Source: an uncultured Desulfobacterium sp. (lineage in GTDB: Bacteria; Desulfobacterota; Desulfobacteria; Desulfobacterales; Desulfobacteraceae). From it: a DNA stretch of 64,000 nucleotides. The notes beneath the pieces were generated by a model. The model saw only the letters and a program-made list of their open reading frames with translations, did no database searches and was not told the DNA's origin. Made by a program: the position numbers and the translations under genes. Shown piece by piece: positions 18,955 through 28,021 of this stretch (position 1 is the stretch's first letter; each line of letters opens with the position of its first letter). The stretch is taken from the NCBI GenBank assembly GCA_963674605.1, contig OY771474.1, positions 3,032,341-3,096,340 on the forward strand. Direction: 5' to 3'.

Positions 18955-20123
18955 TGGATTACCCTGTACCCACGGCCTTTGATACCACAGCTTTACCCAC
19001 CCCCTGCTTTGTGGTGGATGAGGCGGCACTCGTGCACAACCTGGAGATTCTGGCATCGGTGAAGGAACAAACCGGATGCCGGATTCTCCTGGCCCTGAAG
19101 TGCTTTGCCATGTTCCGGGTCTTTCCCCTGCTTTCAAAGACCCTGGACGGCATCTGCGCAAGTTCCCCCCACGAGGCAAGGCTTGGAAGGGAAGAATTCG
19201 GCCGGGAGGTACACACCTTTGCTGCGGCCTATGCTGAAAGTGATATCAAAAGCCTGTGTGATACCACCGATCATCTGGTGTTCAACTCCTTTGCCCAGCT
19301 GGATCGCTTCCGGCCCCTGGTGGGGGACCTGACAAAAAAAAACGGCCGTCACATTGAACTTGGCATCCGCATCAACCCGGAGCATTCCGAAGGGGCCGTG
19401 CCCATTTACGATCCCTGTTCACCGGGATCCCGGCTGGGTATCCGGAAAAAGGCCTTTCCGGAAAACTTCCCCAAAGACATCACCGGCCTTCACTGGCACA
19501 ATCTGTGCGAACAGGATGCCGACTGCCTGGAACGTACTGTAACGGCCGTTGAAGAACGCTTTGGAGAATATATCCCCAAAGTGAAATACGTTAATTTCGG
19601 CGGGGGACATCACATCACCCGTCCGGGATATGATCTGGATCTGCTGGTGAAAATCATCCGGGAATTCAAGGCCAGATGGGGCAAAAACGTAATTCTTGAA
19701 CCAGGAGAAGCCGTGGCCCTGAACGCCGGTGTGCTGGTGGCAACGGTGCTGGACATTATAAAGGCGGACATGGACATTATCCTCATGGACGCATCGGTGC
19801 CCACCCACATGCCCGATGTTCTGGAGATGCCCTACCGTCCCCACATCGTGGGCTCAGCTCTCCCCGGGGAAAAGCCTTATACCTGCCGCATCGGCGGCCC
19901 CTCCTGCCTGGCAGGAGATGTGGCCGGGGAATATTCCTTTGATGCCCCCCTGTCGGTGGGGGACAAACTCATCTTCACGGACATGGCCATCTACACCATG
20001 GTAAAAACCAACACCTTTAACGGAGTACAGCTGCCGGCCATTGCCCTTTTGCCCGCCGGAAAAACCCAGCCGGAAATCATAAAAACCTTCGGGTATGAAG
20101 ATTTCAGATCCAGGCTTTCATAA
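18954..20123 (+). CDS. nspC: Carboxy(nor)spermidine decarboxylase
   Basis: Alanine-racemase-fold decarboxylase (group IV) sequence. The start overlaps the dehydrogenase stop. Polyamine gene context. Confidence 0.8.
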   Translation: MDYPVPTAFDTTALPTPCFVVDEAALVHNLEILASVKEQTGCRILLALKCFAMFRVFPLLSKTLDGICASSPHEARLGREEFGREVHTFAAAYAESDIKSLCDTTDHLVFNSFAQLDRFRPLVGDLTKKNGRHIELGIRINPEHSEGAVPIYDPCSPGSRLGIRKKAFPENFPKDITGLHWHNLCEQDADCLERTVTAVEERFGEYIPKVKYVNFGGGHHITRPGYDLDLLVKIIREFKARWGKNVILEPGEAVALNAGVLVATVLDIIKADMDIILMDASVPTHMPDVLEMPYRPHIVGSALPGEKPYTCRIGGPSCLAGDVAGEYSFDAPLSVGDKLIFTDMAIYTMVKTNTFNGVQLPAIALLPAGKTQPEIIKTFGYEDFRSRLS

Positions 20124-20129
20124 AAAGGG

Positions 20130-20805
20130 CATTATGCCGCCTCCGAGGACTGTCCTGCCCCCGGAGGCTCTGATGTCGATGGTCAAGAAACCATTTCCTT
20201 ATGACCTACATGGCAGTAATCACCTGTCACAACGAATAATGAAAATGGCATTATACCGCCGCCCCCCCCGACGGGCAATGGACCCGGACCGGAACTGTAG
20301 ACAGCTCAATTGTCCGGTTCCCATTGCCCATCGGGGGAGCGGCTCTGCTGAAGTTGCCTTGGAGGCTGCCTTTTCATATAAACCCGCATGTCCTGGTGGA
20401 CACAACGAAGATAGAAAATGGTAAATGCCATTATGCCGCCCCTCCCCCGACGGGCAATGGTCCCGGACCGGAACTGTAGACAGCTCGATTGTCCGGTTCC
20501 TATTGCCCATCGGGGGAGGGGCTCTGCTGAGGTCGACTTGAAGGCTACCTTTTCATACAACATGCATGGCAGTAGACACCTGCAACAACGAAAGTTGAAA
20601 CTCTAATCATTGCAGCACCTTGGAGGGATTTTCATATAAAACATACATGGCTGCTACCACCAGCCACAACGAAAAATGAAACTCTAATCATTGCAATTCT
20701 TTAAACGGAGTTTCATATAAAAACCCACATGGCAGTAATTACCTGCCACAACGAACAATGAAAAAGCAGTTGCTATCAGTATCCAGCACCTCCATATAAA
20801 AAAAA
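20130..20805 (+). repeat. Tandem array of about 8 modular structured elements ('C-family'): 1 degenerate + 2 full long-hairpin modules interleaved with 5 small-hairpin modules
   Basis: Recurrent unit: CATG-hairpin (e.g. tggcag-taattac-ctgcca) + ACAACGAAnAnTGAAA + variable insert + TTTTCATATAAA. Long-module core: ggcattatgccgcccctcccccgacgggcaatgg...ctattgcccatcgggggaggggctctgctgagg. Confidence 0.85.
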
Positions 20806-20820
20806 TAGATCGGAAAAAAA

Positions 20821-21705
20821 ATGAATAATACCCCTGATTTTATTGACTCGGAACTCACCCTCCGGGATGAAAACAATTCCCGGTTCCATGTCATTCCCGT
20901 TCCCATGGAAACCTCTGTATCCTATGGGGGGGGAACGGCCCAGGGCCCACGGGCCATTCTCATGGCCTCCCAACAGCTGGAAGCCTGGGATGGCCAATGC
21001 CTGCCCCTGGAGCAGGGCATTCACACAACAGGGCCTGTGGATTGCAAAGGAGCCGTTGAAGATATCCTGGCCCGCATTGAAAAGGCCGTATCAAAAGCCC
21101 TGGCCTTGAATGCCCTTCCCGTAATTCTCGGGGGGGAACACACCGTAACCCTGGGAGCATTGCGGGCGTTGAAAAAGGCATCATCCAAGGCTTTTGGCAT
21201 TGTACAGGTGGATGCCCATGCCGATCTCCGGGACACCTACGAGGAAAACCCTTTAAGCCATGCCTGCGTCATGCGAAGGGCCACCCAGGACCTTGGGATT
21301 CCCCTGGTTCAGCTGGGGGTTCGTGCCCTGTGCCGGGAAGAGGATCACTATCGTCGGGAAAAGAACATCACCTTTTTTGATGCCCGGCAGCTGCATCTCC
21401 AGGGCATTCCCGATGAGCTGTTGCCCCCGGATTTTCCCGATGACATTTACATCACCCTGGATGTGGACGGACTTGATCCATCTGTGATCCGGGCAACGGG
21501 CACACCGGTTCCCGGAGGACTTGGGTGGCAAGACACCCTGACCTTGCTTGAAAAAAGCATGCACAATAAAAAAGTGGTGGGGTTTGATGTTGTGGAACTG
21601 GCCCCCATGGCCGGAGACCATGCATCGGATTTTGCGGCGGCCCAACTGGTGTACAGCACCATGGGCATGATTAACAGGGCATGGGAAACTGCCCATGACG
21701 CTTAA
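20821..21705 (+). CDS. speB: Agmatinase (ureohydrolase family)
   Basis: Mn-binding motifs GGEHTVT, DAHADL and DVDGLDP. Polyamine cluster context. Confidence 0.85.
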   Translation: MNNTPDFIDSELTLRDENNSRFHVIPVPMETSVSYGGGTAQGPRAILMASQQLEAWDGQCLPLEQGIHTTGPVDCKGAVEDILARIEKAVSKALALNALPVILGGEHTVTLGALRALKKASSKAFGIVQVDAHADLRDTYEENPLSHACVMRRATQDLGIPLVQLGVRALCREEDHYRREKNITFFDARQLHLQGIPDELLPPDFPDDIYITLDVDGLDPSVIRATGTPVPGGLGWQDTLTLLEKSMHNKKVVGFDVVELAPMAGDHASDFAAAQLVYSTMGMINRAWETAHDA

Positions 21706-21803
21706 CAAATGTGGGTATGATCACAATACCGGCCATTTGTGGACAAAGCCCTGACTTTAAATGAAAACGCCTGTCCAGGGCTTTAAAAAACACAATGCCT
21801 GTC

Positions 21804-24062
21804 TCATTCCGGCTTAATGATCTGAACCGCAAAGGGCTGTTTCTGGTCCAGATGAACATCGCTCTGGGGAAAAGCAATGACAATACCTTCTTTGTTGAAG
21901 AGCTCATCAATTTTAAATCGAATGGCACTTTCCACCTGTTTTTTCTCCAAAACCAGATGAATCATGACCCAGAAATACAGTTCAAATACCAGGGCATTGT
22001 CTCCAAATTCTGAAAACAGCACAAAGGGTTCAGGGGTTTTAAGAACCCTGGAATTTTCTTTTGCCGCTGAAACGAGCAGTTTTTCCACAATCCTTACAGG
22101 AGAGCCATAGGCAACACCCAGGGATATTTTTGTCCGAATCGTATTGTCAGACAATGTCCAATTGGTGATATTTCTTTCAAGAAAACTGCTGTTTGGCACC
22201 AGCTTATGAACATTTTCTCCGGTTCGAACCCGGGTACACCTGGCACCGATCTCCTCAACCTTTCCAAGGAGGCCATCCACTTCAATGAGATCGCCGATGT
22301 TAATGGGACGCTCGCCCAGGATCATAAACCCTGAAATAAAATTATTGATCAGATTCTGGGCACCAAACCCCACACCAATGGCAACCGCACCACCCAAAAA
22401 CGCAAAGGCTGTCAGGGGAATATTAACAATCCTGAGGGCAAAGAGCACCACCAGCAGGTATGCCGCATAGGAGAGCATTTTATGGACCGCTGATGCGGTT
22501 GTCTCCTTGAATTGGGACTTTTCAAGGAACCTCACCCGCACGACATTCAATACAAATCGCGCAACAATAAATCCCACGGCCAGAATCAAAAATGCAACAA
22601 GGATTTTTCCCAGACTCACAGGACGATCATCCACGACCCAGATTTCAATTCTCCAGAATTCTCTGAATTTCTCCTTCAGACCCGAAACATGATCCGTTAC
22701 GGTGAGTTTCCCCTTCACCGATTTAATCTGATCAAAAAGGCGTTTCTCAATCTGGTCCGTGGACAGAATAACCGATTGATGCTCAAGACGTTTTTCAAGG
22801 CGTAACCGCAGGGCATCTATCTGGGATGACAGAGAACGCTTGATTTCAGGTTCAATGCCCTCATTTTGCATGAGCCCCTGAAGGGCTCCGGTTTTTTTCT
22901 GGATGGACACCAGATAGGTCTGCTGAATCTGTAAGGATTGATTTATATTACCGATGATGCGTTCTGTCTGTTTCTGGAGAGTGGATAATTGATCAGGAGA
23001 CAGCGTTTCCTTTATAAGGAAGTATCTCTGTTGCCAGGCGGCTTTCTGGCGATCCAGCATGACCAGGGTTTCTTCCTTAATCTCCAACATTACCGAATAG
23101 GTTTTCCGCCATTCCTCCCTGGCCTTTAAGTTGGCGTCAGAGAAATCTCTTTCTTTGACCTGGGTTGCCTTTTCAAAGCGCTGACGTGCCGCCATCCACT
23201 TGATCTCAGCGGCGTTAAGGTCTGCTTTGTTTTTCCCCATCTCTTTGTGGAGAGATTCCTTGAGCTGATCAATATTTGCCAGCTGACGCGCCAGGTCTTC
23301 ATCATCATATTGAAGGTTGGATCGAACAAAGGCCTCCTGCTCATTGATCATTCCCATCTGCTGGGTGATAAGCTCTTTTTCAAGGGCCATTTTCTTGAGT
23401 TCAGTCTTTCTTGCACTGATCCTGATCTTGAGATATTCCTGAACCAGGGTTGCCATGTCAATGGCCCAGACAATCTTACTTTTTTCCTCCTCCTGGGCCT
23501 TGTCCAGGAGTTCCCTGTGAAGTCTGAGCGATTTATTGACCGCTTCCAGCTCAGTGATATCATCCTCCATGGATTTTCTGACCAGATCCATGGAGATATC
23601 AATGGTGTTCCCGTTTTTTTCCAGATCAAAACGTTCTGCGAGCAGGGAATCATGGAAAGTTAACGGGTATGGAGGCCTTTTGGCCATGCCGTTTTGACGA
23701 TAATGTTCATAACGTGCCTGAAATTCACTGTTTTCCTTTTCAATACCTTCAATGCCTTCAACCGCAGCTGCAAGTTTTTCATAGGAGGTCTTTAACGAAA
23801 TAAGGTTGGATAGACGGATCTCCTCATCTTCGGGTTTGATGCCAAACTCCTGGACAAGTTTATCGCCCTGGGAACGGGATGCCTTTTCTATGGAAATTTC
23901 CAGATCCTTTATTTTCTGTGGGATGACCTCAATATCAAGGGCAGCATCCGGCAGACCTGTTTTTATTGGTGAATCCTGACCCATGGCCAGGGAAACACCA
24001 AATAAGAACAGGATTAAAACCCACAAACAATGGGTATGAAAATAACGCTTCATCCGTGTCAT
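21804..24062 (-). CDS. Mechanosensitive ion channel, MscK/MscS-family, with a long N-terminal periplasmic coiled-coil domain
   Basis: Signal peptide, ~450-aa coiled-coil region, multiple TM helices, and an MscS core (GDLIEVDGLLGKVEEIGARCTRVRTGENV..VPNSSF). Confidence 0.85.
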   Translation of the reverse strand: MTRMKRYFHTHCLWVLILFLFGVSLAMGQDSPIKTGLPDAALDIEVIPQKIKDLEISIEKASRSQGDKLVQEFGIKPEDEEIRLSNLISLKTSYEKLAAAVEGIEGIEKENSEFQARYEHYRQNGMAKRPPYPLTFHDSLLAERFDLEKNGNTIDISMDLVRKSMEDDITELEAVNKSLRLHRELLDKAQEEEKSKIVWAIDMATLVQEYLKIRISARKTELKKMALEKELITQQMGMINEQEAFVRSNLQYDDEDLARQLANIDQLKESLHKEMGKNKADLNAAEIKWMAARQRFEKATQVKERDFSDANLKAREEWRKTYSVMLEIKEETLVMLDRQKAAWQQRYFLIKETLSPDQLSTLQKQTERIIGNINQSLQIQQTYLVSIQKKTGALQGLMQNEGIEPEIKRSLSSQIDALRLRLEKRLEHQSVILSTDQIEKRLFDQIKSVKGKLTVTDHVSGLKEKFREFWRIEIWVVDDRPVSLGKILVAFLILAVGFIVARFVLNVVRVRFLEKSQFKETTASAVHKMLSYAAYLLVVLFALRIVNIPLTAFAFLGGAVAIGVGFGAQNLINNFISGFMILGERPINIGDLIEVDGLLGKVEEIGARCTRVRTGENVHKLVPNSSFLERNITNWTLSDNTIRTKISLGVAYGSPVRIVEKLLVSAAKENSRVLKTPEPFVLFSEFGDNALVFELYFWVMIHLVLEKKQVESAIRFKIDELFNKEGIVIAFPQSDVHLDQKQPFAVQIIKPE

Positions 24063-24412
24063 GCCGAAGGTAAATTTCCCAGCGGCTTTATGTTATCCAC
24101 AATAAAAGGGGTGCACCGGATGGCCACACTGTGTTTTTTCACCCAAATCCGGGCCATGGCAATGGATTCTCCGTCAATATTGGTTATACTGGCAAGCTCC
24201 TCGGCAAATCCAATATCTTGAATATTGAATTCATAATAAAAGGTATTGACGGTGAAGGGGTCGGCAATGAGAATCACCTTTGCCTTGTTGTGGGGATGCT
24301 TCTTGGGAGAACCGGAAAAAGGAATATGGGACGTCTTGTCCACATTTCTGGGTTTCTGGTATCTCTGAATCTCAAATTTTTCCTTTAACTCAACAAGATT
24401 AACAATGGCCAT
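24059..24412 (-). CDS. Small hypothetical protein, translationally coupled to the MscK-like gene
   Basis: 117-aa ORF whose stop overlaps the channel start (ATGA overlap). I recognise no motif. Confidence 0.5.
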   Translation of the reverse strand: MAIVNLVELKEKFEIQRYQKPRNVDKTSHIPFSGSPKKHPHNKAKVILIADPFTVNTFYYEFNIQDIGFAEELASITNIDGESIAMARIWVKKHSVAIRCTPFIVDNIKPLGNLPSA

Positions 24413-24590
24413 TATACTCCTCCTGAAATTAAATCTGAAATTCTATATATTGTGATGATGGCCTGCTCCCGGCCCGGTTACGAAACCACGGTTTGATTGT
24501 TTATTATACACCAAAAACGCCTTAAAAAAGAAGAGCTCTTTTCATTAAAATTATGTTTTAAAATATTTTATAAAATATTTTATAAAATGA

Positions 24591-24619
24591 TTGACATGCA
24601 TTCATATATATTTTATCTT
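24591..24619 (+). promoter_or_regulatory. Candidate sigma-70 promoter for the HisD-like cluster
   Basis: TTGACA - 17 nt - TATCTT, preceded by an AT-rich direct repeat (aaatattttata x2). It would give a ~180-nt leader. Confidence 0.4.
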
Positions 24620-24805
24620 GATACTCACCACTAAGACTTTCGTGCTTGATGCCAACAAAAACACCCATTGACAAGTCTTTGGGGAACAGCAGGATCAAGC
24701 GCCAACTTTCGGACAATAATGCCGATGATCGGCGTATAGATACCAAACCGTTACAGCCAAGGCATAAAAACCGCCAAGACCCTGTTAGACGGGGGGAGGG
24801 AATCC

Positions 24806-26116
24806 ATGGAATACATTAAAAAAGCCCTGAAAACCGCCACAACCAATACCCAGGAAATCCGCACCATTGTAAAAAGCCTTCTGTCAGATATTGAAGCCGG
24901 CGGAGAAGCCACCGTCCATGAACTGGCCCGGAAATTCGATAACTGGGAAGGAGATTTCATTCTCAGTGAAGAAAAGAAACAAAAACTCATTGCAACGGTG
25001 CCGGAAAGTGTAAAAGAAGATATACGCTTTGCCCACGCCCAGGTCAGTGGTTTTGCCAAGGCCCAACGACAGAGCATCACCGAATTTGAACACGAAACCC
25101 TGCCCGGAGTACGACTGGGCCAAAAAATAATCCCCATGGATGTGGCCGGATGCTACGTTCCGGGGGGGCGGTTTGCCCATGCCTGTTCCGCCATCATGAG
25201 CGTGGCCACAGCCAAGGCTGCAGGGGTTAAAACCATCATTGCCTGCTCCCCTCCCCGGGGGAATTCCATTGCACCGGCGGTTGTGTATGCCCTGGAAGTT
25301 GCCGGAGCCGACATTATCCTGGAAATGGGCGGCGTCCAGGCCGTTGCCACCATGGCCTTTGGTCTTTTCACCGGAAAACCTGCCAACATCCTTGTGGGAC
25401 CGGGAAATGCCTATGTGGCAGAAGCCAAGGCCATCCTTTCTTCAACGGGCAAATGCACCATTGACGTATTTGCAGGTCCCACCGAATCGGCCATCATCGC
25501 CGATGCCACCGCCGACCCCATGACCGTGGCCGTTGATCTGGTGTCCCAGGCCGAACACGGATACGATTCTCCGGTGTGGCTGTTCACCGACGACAAGGCA
25601 CTGGGGGAAAAGGTGCTTGAAATCATGCCCAGGGTCATCGCTGATCTGCCCGATCCCCAGGTGGCCCAAAGCTCCTGGGAAAACTACGGAGAAATAATTC
25701 TGTGCAAAGATCGTCAAGAACTCTGCCGGATAAATGATGATTATGCGGCAGAGCATGTCCAGGTAATGGCCCAAGATCTTGACTGGTGGCTGGCAAACCT
25801 CAACGCCTATGGTTCTCTGTTTCTCGGGGAAGGCAGCACCGTACCCCATGGAGACAAATGCTCCGGTACCAACCATATTCTGCCCACCAAAAAGGCCGGA
25901 TACTACTCCGGTGGTCTCAATGTACATAAATTCCTTAAAATATACACATGGCAGGAAATCAGCAAAGACGCCAACCGGGTGATCAGCGCTGCGGCATCGA
26001 GACTCTCCCGGGTGGAGGGTATGGAAGGTCATGCCAGGGCCTGTGACTGGCGGCTGAGAAAATATTTTCCCCAGAAAAATTGGAATTTTGAGGTATACGA
26101 CCAGGAAAAATATTAA
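24806..26116 (+). CDS. Histidinol-dehydrogenase-family NAD-dependent 4-electron alcohol-to-acid dehydrogenase (HisD/HpsN-like paralogue; not in a his context)
   Basis: GPGNAYVAEAK, SQAEHG, EH and GD..SGTNHILPT, which align with motifs around the E. coli HisD Zn ligands. No flanking gene is a his gene. Confidence 0.8.
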   Translation: MEYIKKALKTATTNTQEIRTIVKSLLSDIEAGGEATVHELARKFDNWEGDFILSEEKKQKLIATVPESVKEDIRFAHAQVSGFAKAQRQSITEFEHETLPGVRLGQKIIPMDVAGCYVPGGRFAHACSAIMSVATAKAAGVKTIIACSPPRGNSIAPAVVYALEVAGADIILEMGGVQAVATMAFGLFTGKPANILVGPGNAYVAEAKAILSSTGKCTIDVFAGPTESAIIADATADPMTVAVDLVSQAEHGYDSPVWLFTDDKALGEKVLEIMPRVIADLPDPQVAQSSWENYGEIILCKDRQELCRINDDYAAEHVQVMAQDLDWWLANLNAYGSLFLGEGSTVPHGDKCSGTNHILPTKKAGYYSGGLNVHKFLKIYTWQEISKDANRVISAAASRLSRVEGMEGHARACDWRLRKYFPQKNWNFEVYDQEKY

Positions 26117-26269
26117 TACCGGATGAGGGGTGCCCCGCCGGGTGCCCCTTTGCCATGCCGGAATAATACCTCTGTTCACGGAACCCAAGAATTTATTTTT
26201 TTGAACAAGGCCCCCCCGCAGACAACATATCAATGCGAGGATCAAGCCCGAATAACAGGAGATGTTCAC

Positions 26270-27481
26270 ATGGAAAAAACTGCTGCTGTATTTAAAAAAG
26301 ATTTTACCCTGCAGGAACCCATCTGCGAAGAAGGGATAGAAAAGGCACTTGAAATCCTGAAATCGGGAAAACTCCACCGGTACAATGTCGATGCCGGAGA
26401 AAAGGGAGAGGCAGCCCTCCTGGAAGAAGAATTCGCCGCCTACATGGGCAAAAAATACTGCCTTGCCTGTGCATCCTGCGGCAGCGCCATGTACATTGCC
26501 CTTAAAAGTGCCGGAGTCAAACCCGGGGACAAGGTATTGTGCAACGCCTACACCCTGGCCCCAGTGCCCGGTGCCATTGAAAATACCGGTGCCACCATTG
26601 AACTTGTGGACATCACCGACGACTACACCATTGACCTTAATGATCTGGAAAAAAAAGCCGCCCCGGCGGATGTCAAATGGTTTATGCTTTCCCACATGCG
26701 CGGCCACATCGCCCACATGGACCGCATCATGGAGATCTGCACCACCCACGGTCTGGTGCTCATTGAAGACTGTGCCCACACCATGGGGGCCACCTGGGAC
26801 GGGAAAAAATCCGGCAGCTTCGGCAAAGCAGGCTGTTTCAGCACCCAGACCTACAAGCACATGAATTCCGGTGAAGGCGGGCTTCTGGTCACCGACGATT
26901 CCGATCTCATTGCCCGGGCCATCATTCACTCCGGGTCTTACATGCTCTATGAACGGCACACCTCAAGACCTGCCATGGAGACCTTTGAACCACTGAAAAC
27001 CATGGTCCCCAACTACTCCAGCCGCATGGATAATCTAAGGGCCGCCATTTTAAGACCCCAGCTGCGGGATCTGGACACCCAGTGCCGACGGTGGAATGAG
27101 CGCTATGATCTTCTGGAAAAGGCCCTGGCCGCCATTGACGGCATCACCTGTCCCCAAAGAGATCCAAGGGAAAAATATGTGGGCAGTTCCATCCAGTTCT
27201 CCCTCAACAGCCAGGATGCCGGGACCATCCAGAATTTTCTGGCAGCCTGTCTGGAACAAGGGGTGGAACTCAAATGGTTCGGCAACAAGGAGCCCGTGGG
27301 ATTTACCAGTGCCTATGAGAGCTGGAAATACTTGGGAAATCTGCCGGATCTGCCCAACACCAGACGAATTCTCGCCGTGATGTGTGACATGCGAATTCCA
27401 TTGACATTTTCCCTTGAAGACTGTCAACTGATAGCTGAAATAATTGGTGAAGTTGCACAAAAGGTTCTTAAAAGGCCTTAA
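26270..27481 (+). CDS. DegT/DnrJ/EryC1/StrS-family PLP-dependent aminotransferase
   Basis: FSTQTYKHMNSGEGG (PLP-Lys motif of the family) and IEDCAH. The start was moved to ATG 26270 (AGGAG 9 nt upstream) because the track ORF's N-terminal 49 aa look non-coding. Confidence 0.8.
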   Translation: MEKTAAVFKKDFTLQEPICEEGIEKALEILKSGKLHRYNVDAGEKGEAALLEEEFAAYMGKKYCLACASCGSAMYIALKSAGVKPGDKVLCNAYTLAPVPGAIENTGATIELVDITDDYTIDLNDLEKKAAPADVKWFMLSHMRGHIAHMDRIMEICTTHGLVLIEDCAHTMGATWDGKKSGSFGKAGCFSTQTYKHMNSGEGGLLVTDDSDLIARAIIHSGSYMLYERHTSRPAMETFEPLKTMVPNYSSRMDNLRAAILRPQLRDLDTQCRRWNERYDLLEKALAAIDGITCPQRDPREKYVGSSIQFSLNSQDAGTIQNFLAACLEQGVELKWFGNKEPVGFTSAYESWKYLGNLPDLPNTRRILAVMCDMRIPLTFSLEDCQLIAEIIGEVAQKVLKRP

Positions 27482-27617
27482 TAAACTGCCCCCACACGCC
27501 ATTCAGGCCCCATGCGCTGTGGTAAAAATGACATTTACATGTAAAACAGTTAAAGACAACATCCATAACGGTCTGAACATCCAGTGCTATTTTTGATTTT
27601 CAGCCAAGGAGAAAAAC

Positions 27618-27998
27618 ATGAACAAAAAAACAGTCAATACCGCAAATGCCCCCGCTGCCATCGGCCCTTATTCCCAAGGCGTTGCCACAGGTAACCTGTT
27701 GTTCACCTCGGGCCAGCTGCCCATTGATCCGGCCACGGGAAAAATCCCCGATGTTTCCATTGAGGAACAGGCCCACATCGTATTTAAAAACCTCACTGCC
27801 ATTGCCGAGGAGGCCGGTACAAGCCTTGACAATGCCGTGAAAACCACCGTTTTTCTGTCGGATATAAATAATTTCCAGGCCGTAAACGGAGTCTATGCCC
27901 TTTACTTTAAAGAACCCTTTCCTGCCAGAAGTGCCTTCCAGGTGGCTGCTCTGCCCCTGGGTGCGGCCCTGGAAGTAGAGGCAATCTTTCAATTGTAA
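27618..27998 (+). CDS. ridA: RidA/YjgF-family reactive enamine/imine deaminase
   Basis: APAAIGPYSQG..LFTSGQLP, ARSAFQVAALPLGA.LEVE. Confidence 0.9.
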   Translation: MNKKTVNTANAPAAIGPYSQGVATGNLLFTSGQLPIDPATGKIPDVSIEEQAHIVFKNLTAIAEEAGTSLDNAVKTTVFLSDINNFQAVNGVYALYFKEPFPARSAFQVAALPLGAALEVEAIFQL

Positions 27999-28021
27999 GA
28001 AATATTTAAGGAACCTGAAAA

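Noticed and set aside
20220-20606. Recurrent small ORFs inside the long-hairpin modules, such as ...MPPLPRRAM.PDRNCRQLDCPVPIAHRGRGSAEVDLKATFSY on + and ...YEKVAFKSTSAEPLPRWAIGTGQSSCLQFRSG on -. They are also seen at 29082-29467, 39702-40161 and 49715-49993.
   Set aside because: They are open on both strands only because the DNA is a long palindrome. They lack RBS/start conservation, differ in their ends between copies, and one copy is truncated mid-'ORF'. Non-coding structure is the simpler explanation.
20553-20805. CRISPR-like appearance: a repeated ~30-nt hairpin ending in ...CAACGAAnAATGAAA(C) at ~85-nt periodicity.
   Set aside because: The 'spacers' between hairpins are themselves conserved between units (ctctaatcattgca...ttttcatataaaa). 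The same units occur singly at other loci. No cas genes or leader are present. This is a tandem repeat, not a CRISPR array.
20553-20805. Possibility that the small modules form a CsrB/RsmZ-like CsrA-sponge RNA. GGA motifs are present: ccttGGAGGGA, aaacGGAG, ttGGAcGGAg.
   Set aside because: There are only about one or two GGA motifs per 85-nt unit, not consistently in hairpin loops, and the long modules lack them. This is far below the density of known CsrA-titrating RNAs.
25442-26959. 505-aa ORF on the minus strand spanning the HisD-like/aminotransferase genes. Similar long antisense ORFs: 27989-28972 (327 aa), 29826-30980 (384 aa), 43409-44464 (351 aa), 7267-8055 (262 aa), 16054-16737, 32823-33584, 17833-18486, 38451-39104.
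   Set aside because: Each lies antisense to a CDS with strong, recognisable family motifs. Their translations are Gly/His/Val/Pro-rich, low-complexity and motif-free, which is typical of shadow ORFs in moderately GC-rich coding DNA.
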